This document shows positions 24,904-37,199 of a stretch of 64,000 nucleotides of DNA, one piece after another. How positions within the stretch are numbered: position 1 is the stretch's first letter; every line of letters begins with the position of its first letter. This DNA comes from Octopus bimaculoides (taxonomy: Eukaryota): NCBI RefSeq assembly GCF_001194135.2, contig NC_069003.1:7500835-7564834 (forward strand), read 5' to 3'. The translations under genes and the position numbers were made by a program. Under the pieces are notes generated by a model, which worked only from the letters and a program-made list of their open reading frames with translations, had not been told where the DNA came from and made no database searches.

Positions 24904-27900
24904 ACAGTCTTCTTTCGGTTTCTGTTTATCAAATCCACTCACAAGGCTTTGGTTGATCCGGGAAGGCACTTGCCTAAGGTGTCACGCAGTGGGACTGAAC
25001 CTAGAACCGTGTGGTGACGAAGCAACTTCTTGCCACGCAGCCACTCCTGTGGTGTTTCTTCCAGTTTCTGTCTTCCAAATCCACTCAACGCTTTCGTCAG
25101 CCCAAGGCTACAGGTGGAAGATACTTGCCCAAGGTGCCATGCAATGGCGACATTGTTGAGAAGCAAACGTCTTAATTACACATCCACACTTATAATGGTA
25201 ACTTTTGTGAAAATAATTAAAAATATAATTTAATTAATGAATCAGAAGAAACGTTGACAATATTACAAATAATGATCTCTCTTCCCCACCCCACCAAGAA
25301 AACCTCCAAAAATCAATCAGGGATAATGAAAAAATCAATAAAGCCAATTTTTGACAATCCATTTACCTTGGTCTGCCATTAAGGCAGCTTCCAGACCAAA
25401 ACGAGCTGATTTTCCTGTATGCAACGGTTTGCATTGAGTGCCAGCATTTGCCATTGGTGCACCAGCAAAGGAGGCTGCAATGGCGAGTGCATGTTTAGTT
25501 TTCAATGGTCCCAGCTGGAGCAAACGTGCTGTGGCAGCAGCTGCTCCCATCACCCCAACCACAGCCGGTGGATGGAACCTGAAATGAAAGAAAATATTCC
25601 ACATTGACAACTACATCTGAGAATATCCACAGCCAACGAGAATTTCTTTCAGGATTCTCTCCCTTGCTTTCTTGACAAGAATTGTAATTAAGTTATTAAC
25701 ACTAATGATTTGACACCAATGCGGCTGCACCTAATTTAGTCTTTTATTCTTTTACTTGTTTCAGTCATTTGACTGCAGCCATGCTGGAGCACCACCTTGA
25801 AAGGTTTTAGTCAAACACATTGACCCCCCCAGGATTTATTCTTTGTAAGCCTAGTACTTATTCTATCAGTCTCTTTTGCCGAACTGCTAAGTCACAGGGA
25901 TGTAAACACACCAACACCAGTTGTCAAACAGTGATGGGGGGACAAACAGACACAAAGACACATAAACACACATATTATTTATATGTATCTATTATATATC
26001 AATATCTTATAGATGGTCTGCTCAGTTAGAGCTGCTCTGTGGCAAACAACAAATTGAAAACAAAACAACAAAAACAGAAAGAAAGAAAAAGCAGAAAATT
26101 ACGACTCACCTTTCAGGAATATTCTTAGACTTTGCTGAACTGTGAAGAAGAAGACCTTGCGTTTGAATTCCAACATTGTAGGCAACCAAAAGCTCCTCTG
26201 AAGTCGGGCAATAAGAACCAGTCATATAATCAGACAGTGACAAAACAGCAGGTAAAACCGGACCACTTGGATGAGTGGCTGGGTGCCAGGTGTCGTCAAA
26301 GTCCATTGAATGGATGCTGATTCCATTGAGGTAAGTTGCAAGACCAATAGGAGCTCTTTTGTTAGAACTACCCCATATCACCACGTTCTTTGTATTTTGC
26401 GTGCCTCTTTTGTGTTCTTCAAAGTATCCAAGATTTTCAGCCCACGACATCACACTTCTTGTTGTTTCGCTGTTGAAGCCAAGAATACCAACACCCAAAG
26501 TGTCCAAGAGCATTCTTTTGCTTCTGGTTTGTACTACTTCTGACAAATCACTTAGTTTTGCATTGCTGATGAGTTCTGCAAACAGTGAGGTAACACTTTG
26601 TGGTCGTATCATCGATGGAGAAGATTCTGCAATGAAGAATATCAATGAAGTTAAAGAACAACGGAATGCTATTAAAATGAGGCATAGCTGGGTGGGGGGG
26701 GGGTAGAAGGTTTGTTTTCCAGCTACATGGTTTTAGGTATATTGAGTTTTACTTACGATGAGCACATTCAGAATAATTTTCCAAATTTAATTTCGACTGC
26801 AAACTAGGATTCTTTGATTGGTGTTTTGTTTGGAATAACATTCGTACCTTCCACTTGTTTCTCGGCACCTACAGGTAAGGATGAATCAAAGCAGAATTGG
26901 CATATAATTTCCATGTTATTATTCAATGGGAAAAATCTATTTTCATAAATATGACGATCCAGTCAATTATTCTATTTCTAGCTATAAACCTGACGTCGAA
27001 TTTGTTGCTGATGTAATCATGATTGGGAAGGAGGAGGAGGATGACGATGATGATAATGACAATGACAATGTTGATGATGAAGACGATGTTGATGACGATG
27101 ATGATGACGACAACAACAACAACAATGACGACCTAGATGATAAAGATGATGATGCGGATGATGATGATGATGATGATAATGATGATGATGATAATGGCGA
27201 CGACGACGATGATGACGTTGATAATAATGATTATGATAATGATGATGATGATGGCGACGACAATGATGATGATAATGATGTTCATGGTGATGATACTATA
27301 TTTTGAATGAAGAACTTGTAGTGAATAAATCCTTATATGTCTTATGCTCTCTCTCTCTCTCTCTGGATCTTTTTGGTTTGACGGGCAACATTTTTCATTT
27401 ATGTTTTATGTAGTGTTTTTGGTACCGAAACACTTTCAAACTTCGTATACTTGTATATTTTGTGTTATAGAACACATAAAAATTTTGATCTTTTGGAAGT
27501 TAACACTTTCCTGTTTCAAAAGTTGATGGACAATTTCATATACGTAGGGAGAATAACGTTTATTTTAAGTTTAAAAAAAAACATCACCTCCAAGTGAAGA
27601 AATCTAACACCACTTTTGATCCAAATCATGCAAAATTCATGTTCATAATGCCTACTCAAGTTTTTACCAAACTTGGTGTGCTGAAGTAATGCAATGCAGA
27701 AGCAGTATCTCTCAAATTTCAGCTTTCAAGTTTAAGTAGTTTAGGAGTTATAGAGTTTTTAATTTGTTACCACTTAGGCCCTACTTTAGGAAATATCCTT
27801 TTCCTCTCCTTTTTATTTCTGTGGTGCAAAAATCTTTGACTATATTAACTGTTTTTCAGAATAGTAGGCTTATTCAACTAGAGTATCTAAAATAATGTCT

Positions 27901-30900
27901 CGTAACAGAAGTGCTTGTGTCACTCAAAGAAACAAAAAATCTGGACGAAGAATCTCGTGCAATTTCAAGACTCGCTAAGAAAAAGAAGACCTGTTCCTCT
28001 CGAAAAGTATTCTTTGGAAAACAACAGCAAGATACCAATGAAACTTCAAATTGTCGGTCGTTATCTGTTCCTTGGAGGTACCATCAAAGGAAGGACAGAA
28101 AGAAGAAAGGAAATTTCGAAAGAGATAGCTTTTTTATGGCAAAAGAAATTAAATTTCCCATATTTATCAATTCAAAATGTACAAGCAAAAGTAGAAACAA
28201 TGCTGAATATCTGCGTAGCTTTCATTATCCAGACAGTTGATGCTTTCATGTGGATTCAAAATTGCTGTAATAGTAATTTCGGTAGCTTTAGTATTATTTT
28301 CTTGTTCGGCTTCAGTATGTATTTATGAATAAAACCCTCTTCTTTGGCTTTTCGAAAATGTTCGTTTTCTATCTGTATTTTAAAAAATGGGAACAGTTTG
28401 AATTTTCTTTTGCCACATTTTTCAAAATATTCACTATATACTGCGTTTCTAAGGACGGGATCATGAATTTGTTCGGGTGTACTCTTATTCTCTCATATAA
28501 TCCAATACCCGTTTCTTCAATGTAGTCGTCTTTGCATTCTGGGCACGTGGCTCAGTAAATCAGGTTTCTGGATTTGCATTACATATTTGCATTGATTTAA
28601 AAAATATTCTTGCTTTTAAGGGTGATTTCTTCTTTTTCTTCATGTTTCGCAATGAGGGCCACCACATTTTAAAACTCTCTTTGTTGCTTCTTTTGTTGTA
28701 AATCTTGCTTCAGTTTTTAGGTTAGGTATCTAGCGTTTGTTATATATCATTTCTGATTCTGTCATTAGTTTTTTCATTGTCGAGGATTGTTGAACAATTG
28801 GGAGATATCATTAAGCAATATTGACAATGTCGTGGTTTTGGGGGTTGCGGATGATGACAAAGGGAATATTTATGAGTTCATTTCTATGTTTATGTGTTCG
28901 TTTTCTTCTGAGTTCTGTAGTTGGAATGTTTTTCACTTTGATAATGGCCAAGTTAATAAGTCTAGTAGGGCATTGTCGTTCTTCTAGAAATATTTTCTAT
29001 TCTTGCAATCTTTTATCCCTTAATGTCGCGTCTATTATTATACTATAGTGCAAACTCGCTTTGTCATATTAAATGGTATCTTCTTTTTGTATGTGAGGGA
29101 TGGTAGGAATGAAAATTCAAATATTGTGTCCGTTGGTTTATAGATAAGATGTTTTAATATTGGCATCCTCTTTAATAAGAAGTATGTCCCAAAATTATAG
29201 TTTCTTCGTGTGCCATTCTATAGTAAATTTTATTGAGGCATATAAGTTATTCAAAAACGAGCAAAATATTTCTAGGTCTTCTTGATTTATGTCCCAAAAT
29301 AGAAAGCAGTCATCTAAATATCGTTTCCGATTGTTTTTTTATGTAAATGGAGAATTGTTGGTTAAATGTTTCTGGTAGTTGGAAACGGAGTTTGTCCTCT
29401 AAGAAACCCATTGCGAGTGATGCATCAGTAGGGGCTACTTTTTCCCCATCGCTGTTTCTTTTATTTGTAAATAAAAATTATTGACAAAGAACAAGTGGTT
29501 GTTTTTAAGTATTAATTTCAATGCTTCTTAAATAAATCATTTTGAGAATCTTTCCTTGATGTGGTTTGGGTGTTTTGCTAACCAGAAATTCACAGTTTCA
29601 ATTCCATGGTCATGCAGAATATTGGTATATAAACTCGTTACATCAAAACTAGTAAGAATTGTCTTCTAATGTACTTTCAGATATGTAAGTTAAAAAGTTT
29701 ATATCAACCCGGACAGAGCTTGGCACCGTTTTTGCATAAAGGTTCTAAAATTATGTCTATTAGGTTGCTTAGGCGTTGTGAACTCGATATTGATTCTGCA
29801 ATGATTGGGCGTACTTCCAAGTCTGTAGGTTTTGGAATCTAGACATATCTTGTATTATTTCCTTTTACGTTGTCTTGAATTTATTTCGATTTATGGGTTT
29901 TAGATAGTCCATAGAAGTTACTGGTCTTTACTTCGAAGCTAGTTAAATAATTGATCTAATTCTCTAATTGGCTATTTCAATGTTTTGAGACGAGTTTGTT
30001 TACTTTGTTTATCTTCGTTTTTATTTATCGTTTTGCAGAAGCGTTGGTCATTAAATTATTTCAAAACCATGTCTCTGTAATGTTTTTTGTCCATAATTAC
30101 GATCGCTCCGCACTTGTCATCTTCTTTGATAATTATCGATGAGTGTTTTTGTAAACTGTTTAATGCTTGTAATTGGTTTTTAGATACATTAAATTTACAT
30201 TTCCTCTCTGTAATATTGGGTTGTGCCGATCATCGGAGGCAGATTATGTATTCTTCCAAGAGCTTGTCTCTGCTAAAGAGTTGTTTGAATCCCATTTTGT
30301 TTTTAACTAGAGAATCATCCATATATCCAGTATTTAGGAAGAATTCTCTTAATTGTAGTTTTCTGTCATTTACAAGTTCAGCTTGGTTGGGTTTTGGAGT
30401 AGGTTTAAATTTTAATCCATTTTCCAATGCTGGATGTATTGGCTCGCTGAAGAACGACGGTACCTGGTTTAAGAGACTGCCATTTATCTTCAGAAGATAA
30501 GTTTAATGGAATTGTTCCAAAGCCTTGATGCGACGACGATATGCAGTCCAAGTGTCAGAGAAATATAAAAGAGTAGTTAAGATACATACATACATACATA
30601 CATACATACATACATACGTACGAGGTGTTGCTGAAAAGTTCCGAGCTTTAAGGGTCTCGCGAAAGGCCTGGCTGGAGACCCAACCTTCTGATTTCTTTTA
30701 TAGAGTTTAGAAAAAACTGAAGGACCGCTGCAATAAGTGTGTGAATCTGAGAGGGGAATATGTTGAATAAACTCATAATTAACTGATCCGCCTATTTTTT
30801 CTTTTATCCGAAGCCAGGAACTTTTCAGCAACCCCTTGTACGTACGTACATACATACATACATGCATACATACATACATACGTACATACATGCGTGCGTA

Positions 30901-31661
30901 CATACATACATATATACGTGCGTGCGTGCGTGCGTGCATGTGTGTGTATCTTTGTCTCCGACCACCGCTTGACAACCGGTGTTTGTTTGTTTGTTTGCGT
31001 CTACATAACGTAGCCGTTGGGCGAAAGAGACCCATAGAATAATGACCAGACTTGAAATAAAAACAAACAAGCAAATAAAATCAGTGCTAGGGTCGATTTG
31101 TTCGACAAAATTCTTCAGAGCAGTGCTCCAGCATGGCTGCAAGTCAATGACTAAAACGTGGTAACAGATAAAAAGATGCTGGCAAATCAGTTTTTGAATC
31201 AGGTACTTTTACTTTATCAAACCAACCTTAAATTCCAGGCCATAACTTCTAAGCAAAATGGTTTGTCCGCATTACACAAAGGGCCGATTTCCCGGTTTCT
31301 CTAACGTATGTATTTCTCCCTGGACAAGGCGCCCGTCCGTTGCAGGATTATTCACTTTTGCCAGCTGAGTGGACTGGAACAACGTGAAATGAAGCGTTTT
31401 GTTTAAAGAACACAACGCACCGCTCGGTCCAGGAATCGAAACCGCAATCTTATGATCATGAGTTCAACACCCTAATCAATAAACCACGCGCTTCCATATC
31501 CTATGCAAGACGCCAATACAAATTTGAGTTAATTTAGGGGAAAATAAAATAAAACAAAGGAAAGACGGCAAGTAGGACAGAAACAAGCGAAAACTATGCC
31601 CCATTGTATGAAATGTCTGCGAAAAATGCTCACTTACCTTAGCTAATGAGAAGAAATTCAT
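22880..31661 (-). CDS. ACOD1: Cis-aconitate decarboxylase (itaconate synthase, IRG1; MmgE/PrpD family), complete 6-exon CDS, 521 aa
   Basis: join(complement 31661-31638, 26868-26757, 26626-26110, 25578-25367, 24462-24131, 23248-22880) = 1566 nt. All introns are GT-AG with consistent phases 0,1,2,1,0. Motifs HSMDFDDTWHPATHPSG, RFHPPAVVG, AGAPMANAGTQCKPLH, KRFPAHLAMHW, HEARHSFQ and YGHWRKPL match vertebrate ACOD1. The first two exons are less certain than the last four. Confidence 0.95.
23893..24098. mobile_element. piggyBac-like MITE (TTAA-flanked) in ACOD1 intron 5
   Basis: TTAA-CCCTTTAGCATT...AATGCTAACAGG-TTAA; a related partial copy at ~23715-23896 shares the TTAA; further copies at 60320-60570. 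Confidence 0.75.
24131..24462 (-). CDS. ACOD1: ACOD1 coding exon 5 (KRFPAH...HEARHSFQ)
   Basis: Acceptor TTACAG|, donor CAG|GTGAGT phase 0; motif match. Confidence 0.96.
25367..25578 (-). CDS. ACOD1: ACOD1 coding exon 4 (FHPPAVVG...KPLH)
   Basis: Acceptor TTTCAG|, donor G|GTAAAT phase 1; motif match. Confidence 0.96.
26110..26626 (-). CDS. ACOD1: ACOD1 coding exon 3 (contains DFDDTWHPATH)
   Basis: Acceptor TTGCAG|, donor AG|GTGAGT phase 2; strong motif match. Confidence 0.96.
26757..26868 (-). CDS. ACOD1: ACOD1 coding exon 2 (VPRNKWKVRMLFQ...ECAH)
   Basis: Acceptor CTGTAG|, open frame of 112 nt, donor C|GTAAGT phase 1 joins in frame to exon 26626. An alternative start is the Met at 26841. 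Confidence 0.75.
27020..27296. repeat. (GAT/GAC/AAT)n compound microsatellite in ACOD1 intron 1
   Basis: Direct reading. Confidence 0.95.
28300..30525 (-). mobile_element. Penelope-like retroelement (RT + GIY-YIG), heavily frameshifted, in ACOD1 intron 1
   Basis: GLKFKPTP (~30410), IIKEDDKCGAIVIMD (~30110), FDVTSLYTNI (~29630), WKRYLDD (~29315), YKPTDT, IPFNMTKRVCTIV, NLIY..TCPECK..YI.ETG (~28540). Confidence 0.85.
31255..31490 (-). mobile_element. tRNA-headed SINE family F (GTGTTGTGTTCTTGAGCAAGAC core)
   Basis: B-box GGTTTCGATTCCT on the minus strand; related copies at 59670-60010, 17275-17385, 11590-11650. Confidence 0.7.
31638..31661 (-). CDS. ACOD1: ACOD1 first coding exon (MNFFSLAK)
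   Basis: ATG at 31661 is preceded by an in-frame TAG. Donor AAG|GTAAGT is phase 0 and matches the phase-0 acceptor at 26868. An upstream acceptor at 31718 suggests a further 5'UTR exon. Confidence 0.6.
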
Positions 31662-31981
31662 AGTGCTTCGCTTCTGTTTTGGCTAAGCAAACTGTTGAAC
31701 GCTGTTCAGTGAAATGTTCTGGAATATAATTGAAATGATACTCAGGCGATGTTTCCATTTATCAAACGCAAATATAGATATTTGCTTTCCGGTATCAACC
31801 TTAGTCACAGCATCAGTTTTTCTTTTAATTTTATGTCAGCAAATATTTTGACTTCTTATATAGTTGAGACAAGGATGTAAAATTTTCCGGTTGCATACGG
31901 TAAATTCACCAATGTGTCATTCTTTCTTCTGTTTATTTTTCGTATAAAATATATATGTACATGAAATAATAGGAAGTGCCT

Positions 31982-32365
31982 GGAATCAAGAACAAGCGGT
32001 ACTTGAGTGCAAAAATCGACAATGTCGCACAAGCCATATGGAGAAAAGAAAAAAACTAAAAAAAAACAAAACTAAAAAAACGAGTGGTCGTTAACCATTA
32101 GTGCGCGTTACGAGGGAGTGCTTCGTTATATTTTCGTTACATTTTATCCAACTAGAAACTACTAAGTTAAGCATCCATCCGATAAATAGAAAGAGTTTGG
32201 AGCCAGGAACGAGTGATATTTGAGAGTAAAAATCGACAATTTCGCACAGACCAGAAGGAGACATAAAAAAAGAAGAAAAAATACGAGCGGACGTTGTATT
32301 ACGAAGGAATGCTTCGTTATATTTTGTGACATTTTAGCCAACTTGAAATTATTTAATTAAGATTC
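31982..32365 (+). repeat. Degenerate ~217-bp tandem duplication upstream of the ACOD1 start exon
   Basis: AAAAATCGACAAT(G/T)TCGCAC at ~32011 and ~32228; TGCTTCGTTATATTTT at ~32119 and ~32310. Confidence 0.8.
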
Positions 32366-34769
32366 CAACAAATATTTCAAAGGCACTAAAACTTTGTTTT
32401 ATACGCCATAATAATCTAAACAGAAGAAATCAATTACACTGTGTAACAAAATTTTTATTTTATTTTACTTATTTATTTATCTATTTATTTGTCTTTGGCT
32501 GACAATATGTACATCTCTGATCAGGAGCAGGAGTATTGGGGGAACATCGTAGCCATTTGTTGAGTGAGATTCTTTGGGGTTTGAATAAATATAACAAAAG
32601 TAAAGTTTGAAGGGAATATGAACCATTTTTCATACTTTCTAGGGGTAAGCAAATAGGGAACAACAGTTGCGACCCAAGGACAAAGACTGTGTTAAGCAGT
32701 GTCATGGATAGTGGCGGAAATTGTCAAATAAAATTTTGTTTCTAATGTTCGTAAGGTATTTAGTTTAGAATATTCATAGGGTGTGGTGTGTTACCAAATT
32801 CGGGATTTTATGTGCGTCTTAGAACTTTCGTTATACTAATATCAGAAGCTTATTCTGAAAGGAAGCGACCAAGTTGATGAAGATACTCGCCAAGCTTTGT
32901 GGCCGATCTAAACCAAGAGAAGAGCAGCAATTGTTTCTCAACCTGGGATTTATCAGACCTTGGCTAAATCACTAAATGGCATCTATATGTAAGCCAGTGT
33001 TCATCATAATAGTACTTAATTTCTTTTATGGTGCTCAAATTCGAAATTATATCTAAGTTTATCTCTGATAAATGAAGTGCGGTTATATGTAATGCACATC
33101 TTAGCTGCTTTCTCATGCGCGAGAGTCACTGAAATGAATCATTGTTGATGCAAGGTGAGGTCTTTGTATGACTCTTGAGTCCGGCGAAAGATTTGCACAT
33201 TCTATTGCATAATGCACAGCTGAACTGGCTGGGAGAAGGCACAGGTGCCACAATATGAACTCTTTTTTAAAATTACATCGACCCTTCCCCCCAGTGAGTA
33301 ACTGGCATTTATTTAATCGATCCCCGAATTTGCTGGCCTTGTGCAAAAACTTGAAACTGTTATATAAATAAATATTTACATATGTGTGTGTTGTATATAT
33401 TACATATATATGTATTATATAGAAAACAATTATCAATATATCTATTAATAAAACAATACAAAAAGTATAAAAATTTATTGGAATTCAATCATTCTAATTG
33501 TATGGAACTTTAAAAATTACGCTATATTTACACTTATTTTTTTACTATTTTTATAAATTATTTTGAACTTCATTTTACAACACACCAATAACAATATTGT
33601 TTCTTTTCGCTTGAGTGCGGCTTTTGCCTTTCTTTGCTGAATATGCGCGCATCCATGCGAGTAACTATCACTCAAATGCTATATTGACCATTTAATCAAA
33701 TAATGTACACCATTTTTAAGCGTGTGTTTTAAGAATTTCATTATGAAATTATAACGATTAATTTCTTCAATTTGAAAAATAAAGTCGATTTCATGTTGCA
33801 AACATTGGGCTCACATATTTTTCTTTTGTGTGTTAGGCATTAAATATGTAATATATATACGTGTGTATGCGCACAAGCGCACAACTTAGAGAAAACATTG
33901 ATGATATCATCAAAATTTGTGTTTCCTCACCTTCGACGTTAGGCAAAGTTCTTACCTTTTCAAGCCTTTAGCTCCCTGTGGATCATTGGCTATCGAAGAC
34001 TTGTTCTTGACCCTGGACTGTCTTTTCTCTCGCCTCTCTCCAGCTGGGTCCCTGCATTTTGAGAGCTCTATCTCAGTACTGTTCCCCCAGTTATTTTTAG
34101 AGCGTCCTTTCTTGCGCCTCTTTTGTAAGCTCCGGGTTAGGGCTTTATGCGTCACATGTTTCACCGAGGTAAGGCCTTCCTTCACCAAGCCTTGTTTATT
34201 TTGAATTATCATTGTTACTTCTGTAATTTCTTTTTCTGCGTAGGGGTGTTGGTCCTGTGCAAACCCAGTTTTACCTTTGTGAAAAGACGATTCATATTAG
34301 TCTGGCCTTTCTCTTTTGACCTATCCAGCATGAAAGGCTTTACGAGTAGCTTGCCCTCCGCTGGTATGGCTCTTAAGGTCAGTGAAGATCACAAGCAACC
34401 AGCGCTGGATTAACCATCGAGCAAAATAATCACATGCTTAGGGCATCAAGAGAAGGGGTGCTCCACAAAAATGGTAAATGGTTTATAACACAAAAGAAAT
34501 CACTTTCAACTTGGTAAAATAATATTCGGGATGCCTTATCTCTACTAAGTATAGAAGCAGATGTGTTACATCGTATGACATGATCTGAGCAACAATTAAG
34601 CAAGCGCTCTCTGATTTATTATCGTTTATATTTTGAATTACATATATATATGAGGGGCGGTCACAAAAATCTTTTAAGTGCTAAGAATCTCTATGGGTCT
34701 TAATCCGGCCCTGCGAGCCACCACACCGCAATAAGAGATGGACCTCGCGATGGTAGGTGAGGTTAGTTA

Positions 34770-35095
34770 AAGCCGATATTAATTCTTGGTTCATTGAAGC
34801 GCTCAAATAATAAGATCTGCTTCAAATTGCCGAAAGTTTACCAACGCCTTGCAATCGAAATTTCAATAGTGTGCATTATCGGAATATTTCCTTACAAATT
34901 CGGAAAGAGAGAAAAATAAAAAATTCTATTTCCATCTCCATACTGAAGAATAAACTTGAGATGTTCCTCAGTCTTAGAAATCTGAATGTTTTGGCGACTT
35001 TTCAGAAGCATCTTCTTATAATCCAGAATCTCTTCATAAAACTCAAACCTGTCTACATCAATACTATAAAAGCCGTCGAAAGTTGAAAGCACTTC
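34770..35095 (-). mobile_element. hAT transposase C-terminal dimerisation-domain remnant
   Basis: LKFILQYG...FPNL...SIAS...YL..SMNQE pattern, frameshifted. Confidence 0.6.
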
Positions 35096-37199
35096 TCTTT
35101 AAAAATTATTTGCGTTCTGAATGCCGTCACTTTTATTTGAGTCATGCAGTTGTTCTGTGGAATCTGAAGGCAATTTAAATCTTGAATTTAAGTCATAGAG
35201 ACGAATAAATCTTTCTTCCTTTCTTCCATTTCGTTTAGGGGACGATCGATAATTTCGGTTATTATTCTCATCATTTCGTCTTTCGCAATTACTCCTACAT
35301 CTTTTATCTTCTGTCTTTTACTTGTTTCAGTCATTGAACTGCGGCCTTGCTGGAGCATGCGCTTGCCTTGAAAAGTGCAGTCGAACAAATCGATCTCAAT
35401 ACATATTTATTATATATTTTTAAAGTCTTGTATATATTCTATCGGTTCCTTCTGCCGGACCACTAGGCTATGGGGACGTAAGCAATCCAAATGCCGGTTG
35501 TCAAGCGATGGTGGGGGAACACACGCGCGCGCGCGCAGCAAATTTTTCTTGAAATTTTAGCAATTTATTACACAGCACAATTATTTTGGATTTATTACAC
35601 AGCGTAATTGTTTTAGATTTACACTCCAGAGAATATATTCATAATCCAGTGAAGCGAACCAGGATTTACCCATCAGAAAAATTACAGCCGGATTGCTCAG
35701 TCTTAGCGATCCTTGATGCATCTTACTACTTGATGTGGTTAACTGGAAGCTGGAATACACCTGCGAGCTATTACACCTCCCTCCTCGATAATTTATCCCT
35801 ATATACTCAGTGTACACAAATTCTAAGAATGATTATTGTGGTTAACAAAACTGGTTTTGCATTTTTATTTATCTAATAAATTGTTTTTTAACGGTGGGAC
35901 TTGAAGTAGATAATGGTATAAACAATGGTAGTAGATCTGGGCAGAGGGCCAATAGTTTTTGAGATGAAAGAGGAATTCAATTACATCGATCTCCAGTTCT
36001 TGACTGGTACTTATTTTATTGAAACATATATAAGACAAAGCCGACCTCGGCAGAATTTGAACTCTGAACGTAAAGAACTAGAAGAAAACGCTGCTAAGTA
36101 TTCTACCCGTCTTGGTAACGGTTCTGCTAGCTAACACGCCAAGAGAAGTGCTCAACGGCATTTTGTCCGTCTTAACGTTCTGAGTTTCAAATATCGCCAC
36201 GGTCGGTTTTGCCTTACATCTTTTTCGGAGGCGGTAAAATAAGTACCAGTTGAACGCTGGGGGATAAAATTGCTGGCCTTGCGCTAAAATTTGAAATCAT
36301 TATTTATAGATTTCTCTCATGGCAGCGAGCTGGTTGAATTGTTAGCAAGCCGGACAAAAATACTTATCGGCATTTCGTTCGTACTTACGTTCTTAGTTTC
36401 AAATTCCGCCAAATTCGATATTGTCTTTCGTTCTTTCGGGGTCGATAAAATAAGTACCAGTTAAGCACTGGAATCTGTATAATCGACTTGTCCCTTCTTT
36501 ACCATACTTCAGGCCTTGTGTCTATAAAAGATAGGATTATAACTTTTTTTTCTACTTCGAGTTACAGTTAAAACGATTATATTTCATATCCCTTGCAGTC
36601 TCTAAATTCTTATGAGGCAGTTACTTATCTTTTCTCTTTTACCTGTTTCAAGTCACTGGACTGAGGCCATGCTGGGGCACCGCCTTGAAAATGTTTTAGT
36701 TGAATGGCGCGACCCCAGGACTTATTCTTTTAAGCCTAGTGTTTATTCTATTGGTCTATTTTGTAAACACACCAACACCGGTTGACAAGCGGTGGTGGGG
36801 AACAAACGCAGACACAGACAGAAACACACACACACACACACACACACGACAGACTTCTTTCAGTTTCCGTCAACCACTCACAAGGATTCGGTCGACCTGA
36901 CTATAGCAGAAGACACGTACTTAAGATATCACATTGTGGGACTGAATCAGGAAATACGTAGTTGGGAAGTAAACTTATCACACAGCCACACCTGCATCTA
37001 CAAAGTGGATGACTTTAGCATCATTGTTGTAGCGTACGTGCGGAACGCCTCGTTGGCTGCGTGAATGATGACTAAAGCCAACTCACGAGCATTTAACCTT
37101 AATACTTATTGCTGGATATTTACAGTGGAAGATACTAATAACACAGTTACTCACTGGTATATTTCGTTGACTATTTAGAATAAAAATATTAAGAATATT

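Noticed and set aside
27911-28328. Overlapping plus-strand ORFs of 109 and 137 aa
   Set aside because: Frameshifted with no splice structure. They probably belong to a decayed DNA transposon (with 27390-27870), but I could not assign a family.
33890-34415. ORFs 33917-34204, 33952-34212 and 34147-34413
   Set aside because: Short and overlapping on both strands; the segment resembles a retroelement 5' region but is too uncertain to call.
34697-34713. hAT-like terminus CAGGGCCGGATTAAGACC as the end of the adjacent hAT remnant
   Set aside because: Its orientation is wrong for the transposase fragment on its right; no matching partner or TSD was found.
31700-35000. NF-kB-like sites upstream of ACOD1 (e.g. 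GGAATATTTCC at ~34880)
   Set aside because: Imperfect matches, expected by chance, and the best one lies inside a transposon remnant.
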